Source of the DNA: Candidatus Omnitrophota bacterium
Lineage (GTDB): Bacteria > Omnitrophota > Gorgyraeia > Zapsychrales > Fredricksoniimonadaceae
Length of the DNA stretch: 64,000 bases
Reading direction: 5' to 3'
Assembly: GCA_037131245.1 (NCBI GenBank)
Contig: JBAXRK010000003.1
Span: 67,333-131,332, forward strand
How positions within the stretch are numbered: the first letter of the stretch is position 1; each line of letters starts with the position of its first letter. Made by a program: the position numbers and the translations under genes. Positions 35,587 through 45,444 of the stretch are shown piece by piece. The notes under the pieces were generated by a model. It was not told the DNA's origin. It ran no database searches and saw nothing but the letters and a program-made list of their open reading frames with translations.

Positions 35587-36657
35587 GTGAAGACCAAGGT
35601 CATCAAGATCGATCCCGAAGCTCCTTCCTCCAGCGCGATCCACGAAGCGGCGGATTGCGTCCACAAGGGCGGGCTGGTCATTTTTCCGACGGAAACGGTG
35701 TACGGCATCGCGGCCGATAATTCGAATCCTGTGGCCATGAAGCGTTTGCGGGATGTTAAAAAGCGTTCTGATGACAAGCCTTTTTCGGTGATGATCGCCC
35801 AGAAAGAGCTGGTCCGTAACTATACGACGTATACCGACCCTAAGCTTTATAAATTGATCGATCGTTATTGGCCGGGTCCGCTGACTGTTATTGTACCGGC
35901 GGCCAGTGATAAGTTGGGGCATACGATCGGTATCCGGATCCCGGATCATAATGTGGCGCTCAGGCTGGTGGAGAACGCGCGCTGCACAATCGCGGCCCCA
36001 TCGGCGAATTTTGAAGGGAATCCTGCCCCGACGACCTGCGAAGAAGCGTTGCGGGACCTGGACGGCCTGGTCGATATCGCGATCGATAGCGGCAAAGTAC
36101 GTAGCGGGATCGCGTCCACTATTGTGGATTTCACCAAGCCCCGGCCGACAGTGACCCGCAACGGCGAGATCGAACAGAAGGCTGTCGATGCCGTAACGGG
36201 CCGTAAGAATATCCTTTTCGTCTGTACGGGTAACAGCTGTCGTTCAGTGATGGCGGAGTATCTGCTTAAGAAAAGGCTGGCGTATCGCAAGGACGTCGAG
36301 GTTTCTTCTTGTGGCACCGGCGTGATGTTCCCTACTTCGGCCAGCCAGGAAGCGGTGGGGGTCCTTAAGAGTTTCGGGATGGACGCGCGCGGGCATTTGT
36401 CGCGGCCGGTCACGAATATGCTGCTTAAAAGATCGGACCTGATCTTTGTGATGACGCGTTCGCACCGTTTGCAGGTTTTGGAACGCGTCCCGGTGGTGGA
36501 GCCCCGGGTGTATTTGCTCGGCGAGTTCAATCACGCGACAGCTTTACGGGAATCAGACCTTGATATCCCGGACCCCATCGGGCATGCGCGCGGCGAATAT
36601 CAGGCTTGTGCCGCGTTTATTGATGACTGCCTGGATAAAGTTGAGAAATTGATCTGA
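35587..36657 (+). CDS. tsaC: Fusion protein: L-threonylcarbamoyladenylate synthase (YrdC/Sua5/TsaC domain) plus a low-molecular-weight phosphatase (YwlE-like)
   Basis: The N-terminal ~200 aa carry PTETVYGIAAD, KPFSVM and APSAN motifs. The C-terminal ~150 aa carry the P-loop ILFVCTGNSCRS (CX5R-S) and the Asp loop DIPDPIG. GTG start. Confidence 0.8.
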   Translation: MKTKVIKIDPEAPSSSAIHEAADCVHKGGLVIFPTETVYGIAADNSNPVAMKRLRDVKKRSDDKPFSVMIAQKELVRNYTTYTDPKLYKLIDRYWPGPLTVIVPAASDKLGHTIGIRIPDHNVALRLVENARCTIAAPSANFEGNPAPTTCEEALRDLDGLVDIAIDSGKVRSGIASTIVDFTKPRPTVTRNGEIEQKAVDAVTGRKNILFVCTGNSCRSVMAEYLLKKRLAYRKDVEVSSCGTGVMFPTSASQEAVGVLKSFGMDARGHLSRPVTNMLLKRSDLIFVMTRSHRLQVLERVPVVEPRVYLLGEFNHATALRESDLDIPDPIGHARGEYQACAAFIDDCLDKVEKLI

Positions 36658-36669
36658 TCGGACCATGAT

Positions 36670-37131
36670 ATGAAACGATTAACGGTTTTTATTGGCGCGG
36701 ACCATCGTGGTTTCGCTCTTAAGGGTAAAGTGATCGCCTTGTTGCGTTCCCGGGGCCATGAAACAGTTGACGTCGGGACGTACGAGCCTGAACCACCGTG
36801 TGATTACCCCAAGTTATCGCTGGAAGTGGCGACCAATGTAGCCAGGCACAAGAATTCCCGCGGGATCCTGGTGTGCATGACGGGCATCGGGCATTCTATC
36901 GCGGCTAATAAGGTCCCGGGTGCTTACGCGGCGTTGTGTTATAACAAGGAAGCGGCGGCGCTTTCCCGCCAGCATAACAATTCCAATATTCTGGTGTTGG
37001 GTTCAAAGTTCGTGACCGAGAAAATGATGTTCGTGATCATTGAAACATGGCTTAATGCCGAGTTTGAGGGCGGCCGGCATCTGCGCCGGGTAAAACAGAT
37101 CAAGGCGATCGAGAAACAGTTCTTAAAATAA
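36670..37131 (+). CDS. rpiB: Ribose-5-phosphate isomerase B
   Basis: IGADHRGF, VCMTGIGHSIAANK and the RHLRR motif. Confidence 0.85.
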   Translation: MKRLTVFIGADHRGFALKGKVIALLRSRGHETVDVGTYEPEPPCDYPKLSLEVATNVARHKNSRGILVCMTGIGHSIAANKVPGAYAALCYNKEAAALSRQHNNSNILVLGSKFVTEKMMFVIIETWLNAEFEGGRHLRRVKQIKAIEKQFLK

Positions 37132-37146
37132 AGGGAATGGGCAGAT

Positions 37147-38394
37147 ATGAAGGACTTGCAGAAGAACGATCCGGAAGTTTATAAAAGCATCTCAAACGAG
37201 CTCAAGCGCCAGCGTGAGAACCTGGAGTTGATCGCGTCCGAGAATATTGTCTCAGCGGCCGTGATGGAAGCCATGGGCTCGGTGATGACCAATAAATATG
37301 CCGAGGGGTATCCCAAGGCGCGCTGGTACAACGGTTGCGAAAATGTGGACGAGGTTGAGCAGCTGGCGATCGACCGTCTGAAGAAGCTTTTTGGCGCGGA
37401 CCACGCGAACGTGCAGGCGCATTCCGGTTCTCAGGCGAACATGGCGGTCTACCTTTCCGCGGTGAAGCCGGGCGACACGGTCCTCGGGCTTGATCTGGCC
37501 TGCGGTGGGCATTTGACGCATGGGCTGAAGATCAACTTTTCCGGTAAGCTGTACAATATGGTTTCCTATAAAGTCGACGCTAAGACCGAACTCATCGACA
37601 TGGATGAGGTCGAGCGCCTCGCGCTGGAGCATAAGCCGAAGATGATCATCGCCGGGTACTCGGCGTATTCGCGCGTTCTGGATTTTAAGCGGTTCCGTGA
37701 GATCTGCGATAAGGTGGGGGCGGTCCTTTTTGTTGATATGGCGCATTTTGCCGGGCTGGTAGCGGCCGGTGTGCATCCGAACCCCGTTCCGTACGCGGAA
37801 TTTGTCACATCGACGACACATAAGACCCTGCGCGGCCCTCGCGGCGGGATCATCTTGTGCAAAGCGGACTATGCCAAGAAGGTCGATATGAATATTTTTC
37901 CTGGTATCCAGGGCGGGCCATTAATGCACGTTATCGCGGGCAAAGCCGTGGCTTTTGGCGAAGCCCTTAAGCCGGAGTTCAAGGCCTATCAAGAGCAGGT
38001 GGTCAAGAACGCTAAAGCTTTTGCCGTGGCGCTCGAGAAACGGGGTTTTCGCATCGTTTCCGGCGGGACGGATAATCATCTGTTCATGGTTGACCTGCGC
38101 CCGAAGAATATTACGGGTAAGGACGCGGCGACCCTGCTTGACAGCGTGAAGATCACGGTTAACAAGAACCTGATCCCATTTGATACACAGGCGCCGGCAG
38201 TGACCAGCGGGATCCGTATCGGTTCTCCGGCGCTCACGACGCGCGGGATGAAAGAGCCCGAGATGGACAAGGTCGCCGAGCTGATCGACCAGGCGATCGT
38301 TAACCGGGATAACGCGGCCGCGCTCGATAAGGTTCGGGCCGGTGTTGAAGAGCTGACGAAGAAGTTTCCCATTTACCCGGGGTTATCTTACTAA
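37147..38394 (+). CDS. glyA: Serine hydroxymethyltransferase
   Basis: [14 protein letters not shown] and [14 protein letters not shown] (PLP lysine). Confidence 0.92.
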   Translation: MKDLQKNDPEVYKSISNELKRQRENLELIASENIVSAAVMEAMGSVMTNKYAEGYPKARWYNGCENVDEVEQLAIDRLKKLFGADHANVQAHSGSQANMAVYLSAVKPGDTVLGLDLACGGHLTHGLKINFSGKLYNMVSYKVDAKTELIDMDEVERLALEHKPKMIIAGYSAYSRVLDFKRFREICDKVGAVLFVDMAHFAGLVAAGVHPNPVPYAEFVTSTTHKTLRGPRGGIILCKADYAKKVDMNIFPGIQGGPLMHVIAGKAVAFGEALKPEFKAYQEQVVKNAKAFAVALEKRGFRIVSGGTDNHLFMVDLRPKNITGKDAATLLDSVKITVNKNLIPFDTQAPAVTSGIRIGSPALTTRGMKEPEMDKVAELIDQAIVNRDNAAALDKVRAGVEELTKKFPIYPGLSY

Positions 38395-38870
38395 TGAAAT
38401 GCCCTGCCTGCGCGTATAAGGACACCAAGGTGGTCGATTCTCGCGAGAACGCGGAGGCCACGTCCATCCGCCGCCGCCGGGAATGCCTTAAATGCGCCAA
38501 GCGTTTTACGACCCATGAGTACGTGGAGCAGGTGTCGCTCATGGTCATCAAAAAAGATTCTCGCCGTCAGCCCTACGATCGCTCACGGGTCATCAACGGC
38601 ATCATGAAGGCGTGTGAAAAGCGCCCGGTGAGCGTGGCGCAGGTGGAAGACGTAGCGGTGGATATCGAGCGCACGATCCAGAAGAAATACGACCGTGAGG
38701 TCGATTCTTCGGTGATCGGTGAGCTCATCATGGAAAAACTTTATACGCTTGATGAAGTGGCTTATGTCCGCTTCGCGTCGGTATACCGGCAGTTCCGCGA
38801 TGTCAGCCATTTTATGAAAGAGATCCAGGTCATTCTGGAACGCGAGCGTGATGTAAAAAGGAAAAAATGA
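38394..38870 (+). CDS. nrdR: Transcriptional repressor NrdR
   Basis: [17 protein letters not shown]...RRRRECLKCAKRFTT forms the zinc ribbon, followed by an ATP-cone. Confidence 0.9.
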   Translation: MKCPACAYKDTKVVDSRENAEATSIRRRRECLKCAKRFTTHEYVEQVSLMVIKKDSRRQPYDRSRVINGIMKACEKRPVSVAQVEDVAVDIERTIQKKYDREVDSSVIGELIMEKLYTLDEVAYVRFASVYRQFRDVSHFMKEIQVILERERDVKRKK

Positions 38871-39277
38871 GCATGGTCCCGATCGAGCTCGTCAAGATCA
38901 TCATTGATGAAAAGAATCACGACCAGGCGGTCGTCCTGCGGGAAAAAGGCGGCACCCGGCAGATCCCGATCGTGATCGGTTTGGTGGAAGCGACCAGCAT
39001 TCAGATGAAGATATCAAATGTTGAAGCGCCGCGGCCGCTGACTCACGACCTGTTGACTTCCGTGATCAAGGCGCTGGGGGCGGAAGTGGAATCCCTCTCG
39101 ATCGATGACCTGGTGGACGGCACTTTTTTCGCCAAGCTCCGGTTGCGCGACAAAACAGGCCATCTGATCAGTATTGATTGCCGGCCTTCTGACGGGATAG
39201 CGCTCGCGGTGCGTTATAAGTGCCCCATGTCTGTTGATGAAAAAGTTTTTTCCCAAGCGTTAACGAATGACCTGTGA
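38867..39277 (+). CDS. Bifunctional nuclease family protein (DUF151/BFN)
   Basis: IVIGLVEATSI and RPLTHDLL motifs, 136 aa. Confidence 0.7.
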   Translation: MSMVPIELVKIIIDEKNHDQAVVLREKGGTRQIPIVIGLVEATSIQMKISNVEAPRPLTHDLLTSVIKALGAEVESLSIDDLVDGTFFAKLRLRDKTGHLISIDCRPSDGIALAVRYKCPMSVDEKVFSQALTNDL

Positions 39278-39280
39278 GGC

Positions 39281-40726
39281 ATGCCCGTGCCTACCATTAA
39301 TGATCTGCCTGAAGTGCCTTCCCTTATTGAGTTAGCCCGAAAGAAGCGTGTGTCCTTGTATCTTGTCGGCGGGTATTTGCGCGATCAATGGCTGCGCCGT
39401 CAGGGGCATGACCTTGATTTTATTGTTTCAAAGGGCGCGATCGCTTTTGCCCGGGCTTTCGCGCTGAAGTGCCGGGGATCTTTTATCCTGCTTGATGCCG
39501 AATCCGGCTGTGCCCGTGTGGCTCGTAAAACGCGGGAAGGTTTGTGGACCTATGATTTCGCCGACTTACGCGCCAAAGACCTGGCCGGTGATATTAAGAA
39601 ACGCGATTTTACGATCAATACGCTGGTCGTCAACCTGATGACATTAAAGCCCGAGCAGGACATTCTTTCTTCATGCGTAAAGAATCCTAAGGCGCTGGCG
39701 GACATTAAGGCCGGCCTCTTGCGCATGACCAGTCCGGCGGCTTTCGATGATGATCCGTTGCGGCTGCTGCGGGCGTACAGCCTGGCCGCTCAAACCGGAT
39801 TTAAGATCGAACCTAAAACATTGTCGGCGATCACGCCGCGGGTGCGCTTGATCCTTGACGTTTCGCCCGAACGGGTCAGGGATGAATTTTTCAAGGTCCT
39901 GGAGACGCCCCGTGCGGCCCGCAGTATTGCCCAAATGGAAAAGAGCGGCCTGCTCTTTGCCATTATCCCTCAGCTTAAATTGATGGAGCGGGTGCCCAAG
40001 GGCGGGTATCATCATTTGAATGTATGGAAGCATTCGCTGCTGGCGTTGGCCGAATTTGAGAAATTAATGAAGGCGTGGTCTGGCCGTGCGGAATTGGCGG
40101 CATACCTGGCGGTCAAGGTCGGCGGTGGCCATACTCGTGCCGCGCTCATCAAGTTCGCCTGCCTGCTGCATGATACCGGTAAACCGGCGACGCGTAAGGA
40201 AATGCCGGAAGGGCGCTTGAGTTTTCACGGGCACGAAAGGGTGGGGCGTGATATCACCCGGGCCATCTGCCGGCAGCTTAAGACCTCGACAGCCGAGCGT
40301 TACGCCCTGGAAGATATGGTCGCCTTGCATTTACGGCCGGGGTATATGTCGAATTTTAAGAAAGCGCCCGAAAAAATGGTTTTTCGTTTTATGCGTGACG
40401 CGAAAGAGGAAGCGGTGTCGATCCTTATGCTGGCGCTTTCCGACCAGCGCGCTACCCGCGGGCCGTTGACCAAGCCGGAGGATATCGTTCACAGCGAGGA
40501 CATTGTCCGTCCTTTGGTCGATCTTTTCTTCGCGAAGAAGAAGGAGAAACCCTTCGTCCGTCTTATTGATGGTAATGACCTGATCAAAGAGTTAAAATTA
40601 ACACCTGGCCCTGAGTTCAAGGAGATCCTGGCCGCGGTGGATGAGGCTCAGCATTTGGGGAAGATCAAGACGGCTGAAGAGGCGTTTGAGTTCGTTCGTA
40701 ACCGGTCTAAGGACCCAAGATCATGA
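39281..40726 (+). CDS. CCA-adding enzyme / poly(A) polymerase family nucleotidyltransferase with an HD domain
   Basis: LYLVGGYLRDQWL...DLDF, RDFTINT and the HD region LLHDTGKP. Confidence 0.75.
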   Translation: MPVPTINDLPEVPSLIELARKKRVSLYLVGGYLRDQWLRRQGHDLDFIVSKGAIAFARAFALKCRGSFILLDAESGCARVARKTREGLWTYDFADLRAKDLAGDIKKRDFTINTLVVNLMTLKPEQDILSSCVKNPKALADIKAGLLRMTSPAAFDDDPLRLLRAYSLAAQTGFKIEPKTLSAITPRVRLILDVSPERVRDEFFKVLETPRAARSIAQMEKSGLLFAIIPQLKLMERVPKGGYHHLNVWKHSLLALAEFEKLMKAWSGRAELAAYLAVKVGGGHTRAALIKFACLLHDTGKPATRKEMPEGRLSFHGHERVGRDITRAICRQLKTSTAERYALEDMVALHLRPGYMSNFKKAPEKMVFRFMRDAKEEAVSILMLALSDQRATRGPLTKPEDIVHSEDIVRPLVDLFFAKKKEKPFVRLIDGNDLIKELKLTPGPEFKEILAAVDEAQHLGKIKTAEEAFEFVRNRSKDPRS

Positions 40727-41460
40727 AGATCAAAAATATTGATGTTAACATCCTTAAAGGGCCGGCTTCCGGGTTGCCGGTGATGTCTGGCCTGGTCAAT
40801 GAACATACGGTCCGCGCGGCGTGCGCGGAGCATATTAAAAAAGCCGCCGCGCAGGGTAAGCGCACGGTCATGGTGCCGGCCCTGGGGACCGACCGGGGAA
40901 GATTTCCGCTGGTGGCTTGCGCCAAGATCATTTCCCAGGAAGTGCTGCGGGCCGGGCGTGAAGGCCGCGGGTCACTGGGCGAGATCAATATCTGCCTGGA
41001 CACCGATGAGGCGTTTGATGTTTTTGCTAAACAGGTTTTTGGCTATCTGCGGCATGTGACGGAAGATATGGGCTGGGGGCCTTACGTAACGACGGATATT
41101 ATTATCGAGGTGGAGGGCGGGGTGGTGGTGATCGAACGCACCAATCCGCCGTTCGGGCTGGCCTTGCCCGGCGGATTCGTCGATGCCGGCGAGAGCCTGG
41201 AAACAGCCGCCTGCCGCGAGGCGAAAGAAGAAACAAATCTGGAATTGAAGGAGCTCAAACAATTCCATACTTATTCTGATCCCAAGCGAGATCCGCGCTT
41301 TCATACGGTAACGACGGTCTTTACGGCCAAAGGTGTTGGCGAAGCAAAAGCCGGCGATGACGCCAAGGGCCTGAAGGTCGTGCCCCATGACGAGCTGCTT
41401 CTTCTTGATTACGCGTTCGATCACAAACAGGTCATTAGAGAGTACCTTGACCGGAGGTAA
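40723..41460 (+). CDS. Nudix hydrolase with an N-terminal macro-domain-like (degenerate) extension
   Basis: The Nudix box is LPGGFVDAGESLETAACREAKEETNLEL. The N-terminal ~110 aa contain VMVPALGTDRGRFPLVACAKIISQEV, which resembles the C-terminal part of macro domains. Confidence 0.6.
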   Translation: MKIKNIDVNILKGPASGLPVMSGLVNEHTVRAACAEHIKKAAAQGKRTVMVPALGTDRGRFPLVACAKIISQEVLRAGREGRGSLGEINICLDTDEAFDVFAKQVFGYLRHVTEDMGWGPYVTTDIIIEVEGGVVVIERTNPPFGLALPGGFVDAGESLETAACREAKEETNLELKELKQFHTYSDPKRDPRFHTVTTVFTAKGVGEAKAGDDAKGLKVVPHDELLLLDYAFDHKQVIREYLDRR

Positions 41461-41464
41461 GCAT

Positions 41465-42196
41465 ATGGACTATCGCGTGGCTGTTGTTACTGGCGGGAAC
41501 CGTGGCCTGGGCCGGGAGATCGTCCGTCAGCTGGCTGAGCAGGATATTCTGGTGGTGTTGGCGTGCCGGGACCGCGAGAAAGGATTGCTGGCTGTCAGTG
41601 AGTTTGAGCGTGAAGAGCTGTCGGTGCGTTTTGCGCCCCTGGATGTGAGCAGCGCGGCGAGCGTCGGGGTGCTCGGTGATTTTGTGCATAAGACCTTTGG
41701 GCGTTGCGATATCCTGGTGAATAATGCCGGGATATTCCCTGATGTCTGGGATCGCCCGGCGATAGCGCCGGCGGATGGTTTGCATACGCCGCTTGAGTTT
41801 GTCCGTAAAGCCATGGAGGTTAATACGTACGCGCCGCTGTTATTGTGCCAGCAGTTCATTCCGCTGATGAAGCGGCATGATTATGGGCGCATCGTGAACA
41901 TGTCGAGCGACCTGGCTCAGCTATCCGATCTGACGAATCCAGAGGGCAGGTTTTTGGCGTATCGGATGTCCAAGACAGCGCTTAATATGGTGACCCGTGT
42001 CCTGGCGGCTGAAACGGCGGGCACCAATATTCTGATCAACAGTTGTACCCCCGGCTGGTGCCGTACTGATATGGGTGGTCCGCAGGCGCCGCGTACGGCC
42101 GAGCAAGGGGCCGATACACCTGTATGGCTGGCGACGTTGCCGAATAGCGGTCCGACTGGCGGATTTTTTAAGGACCGTCAACCGATAGCGTGGTGA
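41465..42196 (+). CDS. Short-chain dehydrogenase/reductase (carbonyl-reductase-like)
   Basis: VVTGGNRGLGREI (TGxxxGxG), NNAG and YRMSK (YxxxK). Confidence 0.8.
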   Translation: MDYRVAVVTGGNRGLGREIVRQLAEQDILVVLACRDREKGLLAVSEFEREELSVRFAPLDVSSAASVGVLGDFVHKTFGRCDILVNNAGIFPDVWDRPAIAPADGLHTPLEFVRKAMEVNTYAPLLLCQQFIPLMKRHDYGRIVNMSSDLAQLSDLTNPEGRFLAYRMSKTALNMVTRVLAAETAGTNILINSCTPGWCRTDMGGPQAPRTAEQGADTPVWLATLPNSGPTGGFFKDRQPIAW

Positions 42197-42226
42197 CGCC
42201 ACCTATCGATAGGGAGAGCTCAGGTT

Positions 42227-42577
42227 ATGATGAACAATCATCTTCATTCGTCGCTGAAAAGAGGCCTTTTCTCACTGGCGCTGGTGTGCGCGGTGATGCT
42301 CGTCGGCACGTTGGGCATGCGTCATATTGAGAAAATGTCCTATATTGATGCGTTCTATTTTATCAGCATGATCGCTACCGCCCAGGGCCCGACTTTTACG
42401 CCGGTGACGGTGGCAGGTAAACTTTTTGCTTCATTCATGTCGTTCGTGGCCGTGGGCGTGGTGGTGACCTCGATCGGCTTTCTGTTCGGGCCTTTTCTCG
42501 GTCAGTTGCTTCATATTGGCGCAGAGCGCGCCAGGAAGAACAGTGGGTACAACAACTCTATAACAAAGGATTTGTAA
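42227..42577 (+). CDS. Minimal 2-TM pore-loop channel-like protein (non-canonical filter)
   Basis: The layout is TM1, a pore-helix-like segment YIDAFYFISMIATAQGP, then TM2. It resembles K+-channel pore modules but has TAQGP in place of TVGYG. Confidence 0.4.
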   Translation: MMNNHLHSSLKRGLFSLALVCAVMLVGTLGMRHIEKMSYIDAFYFISMIATAQGPTFTPVTVAGKLFASFMSFVAVGVVVTSIGFLFGPFLGQLLHIGAERARKNSGYNNSITKDL

Positions 42578-42578
42578 A

Positions 42579-43091
42579 ATGAAAATAACCAGCATGATCT
42601 TGATGGCGGCAGTTTTTATGATGTTGAGCGGGGTATCTAGTGTTTCGGCCCAAACAAACTGGGGTGGCATGTTAAAGAGTGTCGGGCAGGCAGTGGCGGT
42701 TTCGCTTTGCCCCCAGGCGCAACAGACGGTCGATCAGGCCAAGAAGCTGAGCACGGCCCCGGCGCAGCAGCAAAATTTCATTATTGCTAAAGCCAAGGAG
42801 TACCTTGCGGCGAAGAATTATCAGCCGGCGTATGATCTGGCGAATTATGTGCTGACGTTGGACCCCAAGTCGATCAGCGCTCAGAAGATCCTGACGGACG
42901 CCAAGGTCGCGCTGGCCAAGATGGCGCAGGATCATATTGCGGCTGCTCAGCAGAAGATCACAGCGTCGATCCCGCCATCCGATGCCCAGACAGCGGCGGC
43001 GCGTCAGCAAGTGGAGCAGGCCCAGAAAGGGTCGGCCACGACCGCGGATAGCGTCAATAGCCTGCTGGGCGCTTTCGGGACGAAGAAATAA
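42579..43091 (+). CDS. Secreted Ala/Gln-rich hypothetical protein
   Basis: Signal peptide MKITSMILMAAVFMMLSGVSSVSA, with helical low-complexity sequence after it. No motif recognised. Confidence 0.45.
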   Translation: MKITSMILMAAVFMMLSGVSSVSAQTNWGGMLKSVGQAVAVSLCPQAQQTVDQAKKLSTAPAQQQNFIIAKAKEYLAAKNYQPAYDLANYVLTLDPKSISAQKILTDAKVALAKMAQDHIAAAQQKITASIPPSDAQTAAARQQVEQAQKGSATTADSVNSLLGAFGTKK

Positions 43092-43727
43092 GTGCGCTCT
43101 TTTCTGGTTTTGTCCTTCGTTTTTCTGACGTCATCCCTGGCACTCGCCGGGACTCCCGGTTCTTATGCGGCTAATGATCCGCACAGGTGTTTTGATATCC
43201 CTGTGACGGCTCTTTGGGCAAAGGAAGCTTGCTATTCCCGTATACCCGCATTTGATCTGAGGTCGAATCCCGCTTTGCGCGACCTGACCTCTTTTGTCAA
43301 AGCCGGGGATTCACCCCTTGAGCAGGTTTGCCTGAAAGGTGCCGCACAGATGCCGGATGGCTTCTTTCAGGGATCGGTCCGGCGTTGTGGAACAAATTTC
43401 CGGATCTTTACCGGCGCGATGGATGCCCCCGATTTTATTATTGATGTCAACGGTAAGCCGGTCGCTTCTTGCGGCGGGATGCCTGGTCCGAATGGCCCTC
43501 AGGAGGATCTTCCGGCATGCAATGAGACGTGCGAGCAGAAAAATTTATGCGACGATGTTCATATCGATTGTTCCCAGATGGCGCTTCCAGCTGTCATCCC
43601 ATCAGACTATGAAGGCCAGATCGAATATTTCAAGAAAAAGAACGCGTACAAATATCTTGGCCTGACTGTGGAAGAAGCTGTTAACCGCTGCCAGTCCGCG
43701 CATCGGCACCTTCCATTCTTTCGTTGA
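43092..43727 (+). CDS. Secreted Cys-rich hypothetical protein
   Basis: GTG start directly after the upstream stop. Signal peptide LVLSFVFLTSSLALA. About 10 Cys. No motif recognised. Confidence 0.45.
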   Translation: MRSFLVLSFVFLTSSLALAGTPGSYAANDPHRCFDIPVTALWAKEACYSRIPAFDLRSNPALRDLTSFVKAGDSPLEQVCLKGAAQMPDGFFQGSVRRCGTNFRIFTGAMDAPDFIIDVNGKPVASCGGMPGPNGPQEDLPACNETCEQKNLCDDVHIDCSQMALPAVIPSDYEGQIEYFKKKNAYKYLGLTVEEAVNRCQSAHRHLPFFR

Positions 43728-44530
43728 CAGTGTTGTTAATGGAGCTAGAATTTAACTTCTCTATGCGTTATTTAATCCTTTCACTTATGTTTTTTCTTTC
43801 CGCCACGGCGGCCCAGGCTGCTATTTTGAAGAGTGACCCTTTGGCGGATCTTAAGGCTGCCATTATCCAGGAGGATTTCAAGGGGGCTAATGGCCTGGCG
43901 AAAGACCTTCTCAAGAAAGACCTTACCCGTGAGCAGTCGATCCAGGCGCAATATTATTTAGGCCTTAGTTTCCTGAGGCTGAGCGAATATCCCAAAGCTT
44001 ACGAAACGTTCAAGAAGTTGCTTTCAGACCGTCCTGATATTGAGACCTACGATAAGGCCGAGGTGGGGATCATCGACGCTCTTTATTTACAGGGCCAGTA
44101 CGAAAATGCTTTGAAAGAAGTCACCGGCCTGATCGCCAGGCGCCGTGATTCGGAGCAGATGAGTTTGTTTTGCCTTAAAGCCGCCCGCGCGAACCTGAAG
44201 CTGGCGCGTTGGAACAAGGCCCGTGACATGTTAGAGAAGATCATCGGTGATTATCCCGAGAGTTTCGAGGCTGATGTTGCCCGTGGTTTACTGGAGGAGA
44301 AGCAGTATTTCGCCGTTCAGGTCGGTTCGTTCAATGATGAGGCGCGGGCCCGCAAGCTGATGCAGGAGCTGCTCGACCGCAAGGAATACGCCTATATTGT
44401 TGAAACAAAATCCGCCGAAGGCCGTTTGTATTTTCGTGTCCGCGCGGGGCAGTTGACCGCCCTTAAAGATGCCCAGGATTTGGAAAAGAAGCTTTCCGGT
44501 CTGGGTTACCCAACCTTGATCTATCCTTGA
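43724..44530 (+). CDS. TPR plus SPOR domain protein (peptidoglycan-binding)
   Basis: The true start is probably ATG 43763 (MRYLILSLMFFLSATAAQA signal peptide). TPR-like repeats are followed by a C-terminal SPOR domain YFAVQVGSFNDEARARKL...YFRVRAGQL. Confidence 0.65.
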   Translation: MTVLLMELEFNFSMRYLILSLMFFLSATAAQAAILKSDPLADLKAAIIQEDFKGANGLAKDLLKKDLTREQSIQAQYYLGLSFLRLSEYPKAYETFKKLLSDRPDIETYDKAEVGIIDALYLQGQYENALKEVTGLIARRRDSEQMSLFCLKAARANLKLARWNKARDMLEKIIGDYPESFEADVARGLLEEKQYFAVQVGSFNDEARARKLMQELLDRKEYAYIVETKSAEGRLYFRVRAGQLTALKDAQDLEKKLSGLGYPTLIYP

Positions 44531-45444
44531 TGACTGACCCTGTTATTCCCCTTGTTCAACGTGAGTTAGCTAATAACAATATTCTTTTTTTAGTGGGGCC
44601 TTCGGCGGTGGGTAAATCCGCTGTGGCGGTTGAAGCGGCCGGTCTTTGTAACGGCGAGGTCGTTTCCTGCGATGCTATGCAGGTTTATCGCGAGATCAAT
44701 ATCGCCAGCGATAAGCCATCACCACGGATGCGGGCGGGCGTAGCCCATCATTTACTGGATATTGTTTCGGTGGAAGAGGATTTCAATGCCGCGAAATATC
44801 GGGCATTGGCGGTCGTGGCGATCGATAATATTTTAAAGCGTGGGCGCAAGGCGATCGTTTGCGGCGGCAGCGGGATGTATATGGCGGCCATCCTTGATGG
44901 TTTGTTTGAATCGGTGGCATTGCCGGACGGCTTGCGTGAAGATTTACTTGAGCGTGTCAAGGCGGGTGGATTGGGCGCGATGTATCAGCGTTTGTGTGAT
45001 GTCGACCCTGACGCGGCGGGCAAGATCAACCCTAACGACCAGCTTAGAATTGTTAGAGCGTTGGAAGTTTTTGAAGCGACAGGGATCCCGATATCAAAAT
45101 TACAAAAGACCCGCGACGGTCTATGGGGTAAGCAGCCGATCGCGGTGATCGGGTTGGGGCGGCCCAGGGACGTGATGTATGCCCGGGCGGAAGCGCGGAT
45201 CGAGGGGATGTTCGCTTCCGGCCTGATCGAGGAAGTGCGCGGGTTGATGGGAATGAAGTTATCGCTAAGCGCGTCACGGCTTATCGGCATCCCGGAAGTG
45301 AAAGGCTTTATCAATGGCGATCACAGCCTGGACCGGGCCAAAGAGCTGATGAAGCAGAACACACGGCACTATATTAAAAGGCAAATGACTTGGTTTAGAA
45401 AGGATCAACGGATACAGTGGAAATCCCTCGGCTCCGAGGCCTAA
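44530..45444 (+). CDS. miaA: tRNA dimethylallyltransferase
   Basis: P-loop GPSAVGKSAVA, IVCGGSGMY and the HYIKRQMTWFR motif. Confidence 0.88.
   Translation: MTDPVIPLVQRELANNNILFLVGPSAVGKSAVAVEAAGLCNGEVVSCDAMQVYREINIASDKPSPRMRAGVAHHLLDIVSVEEDFNAAKYRALAVVAIDNILKRGRKAIVCGGSGMYMAAILDGLFESVALPDGLREDLLERVKAGGLGAMYQRLCDVDPDAAGKINPNDQLRIVRALEVFEATGIPISKLQKTRDGLWGKQPIAVIGLGRPRDVMYARAEARIEGMFASGLIEEVRGLMGMKLSLSASRLIGIPEVKGFINGDHSLDRAKELMKQNTRHYIKRQMTWFRKDQRIQWKSLGSEA

Noticed and set aside
42204-42215. A 12-bp perfect palindrome, CCTATCGATAGG, between the SDR gene and the channel-like gene.
   Set aside because: It is short and could arise by chance. It has no flanking promoter or terminator features and I noticed no second copy.
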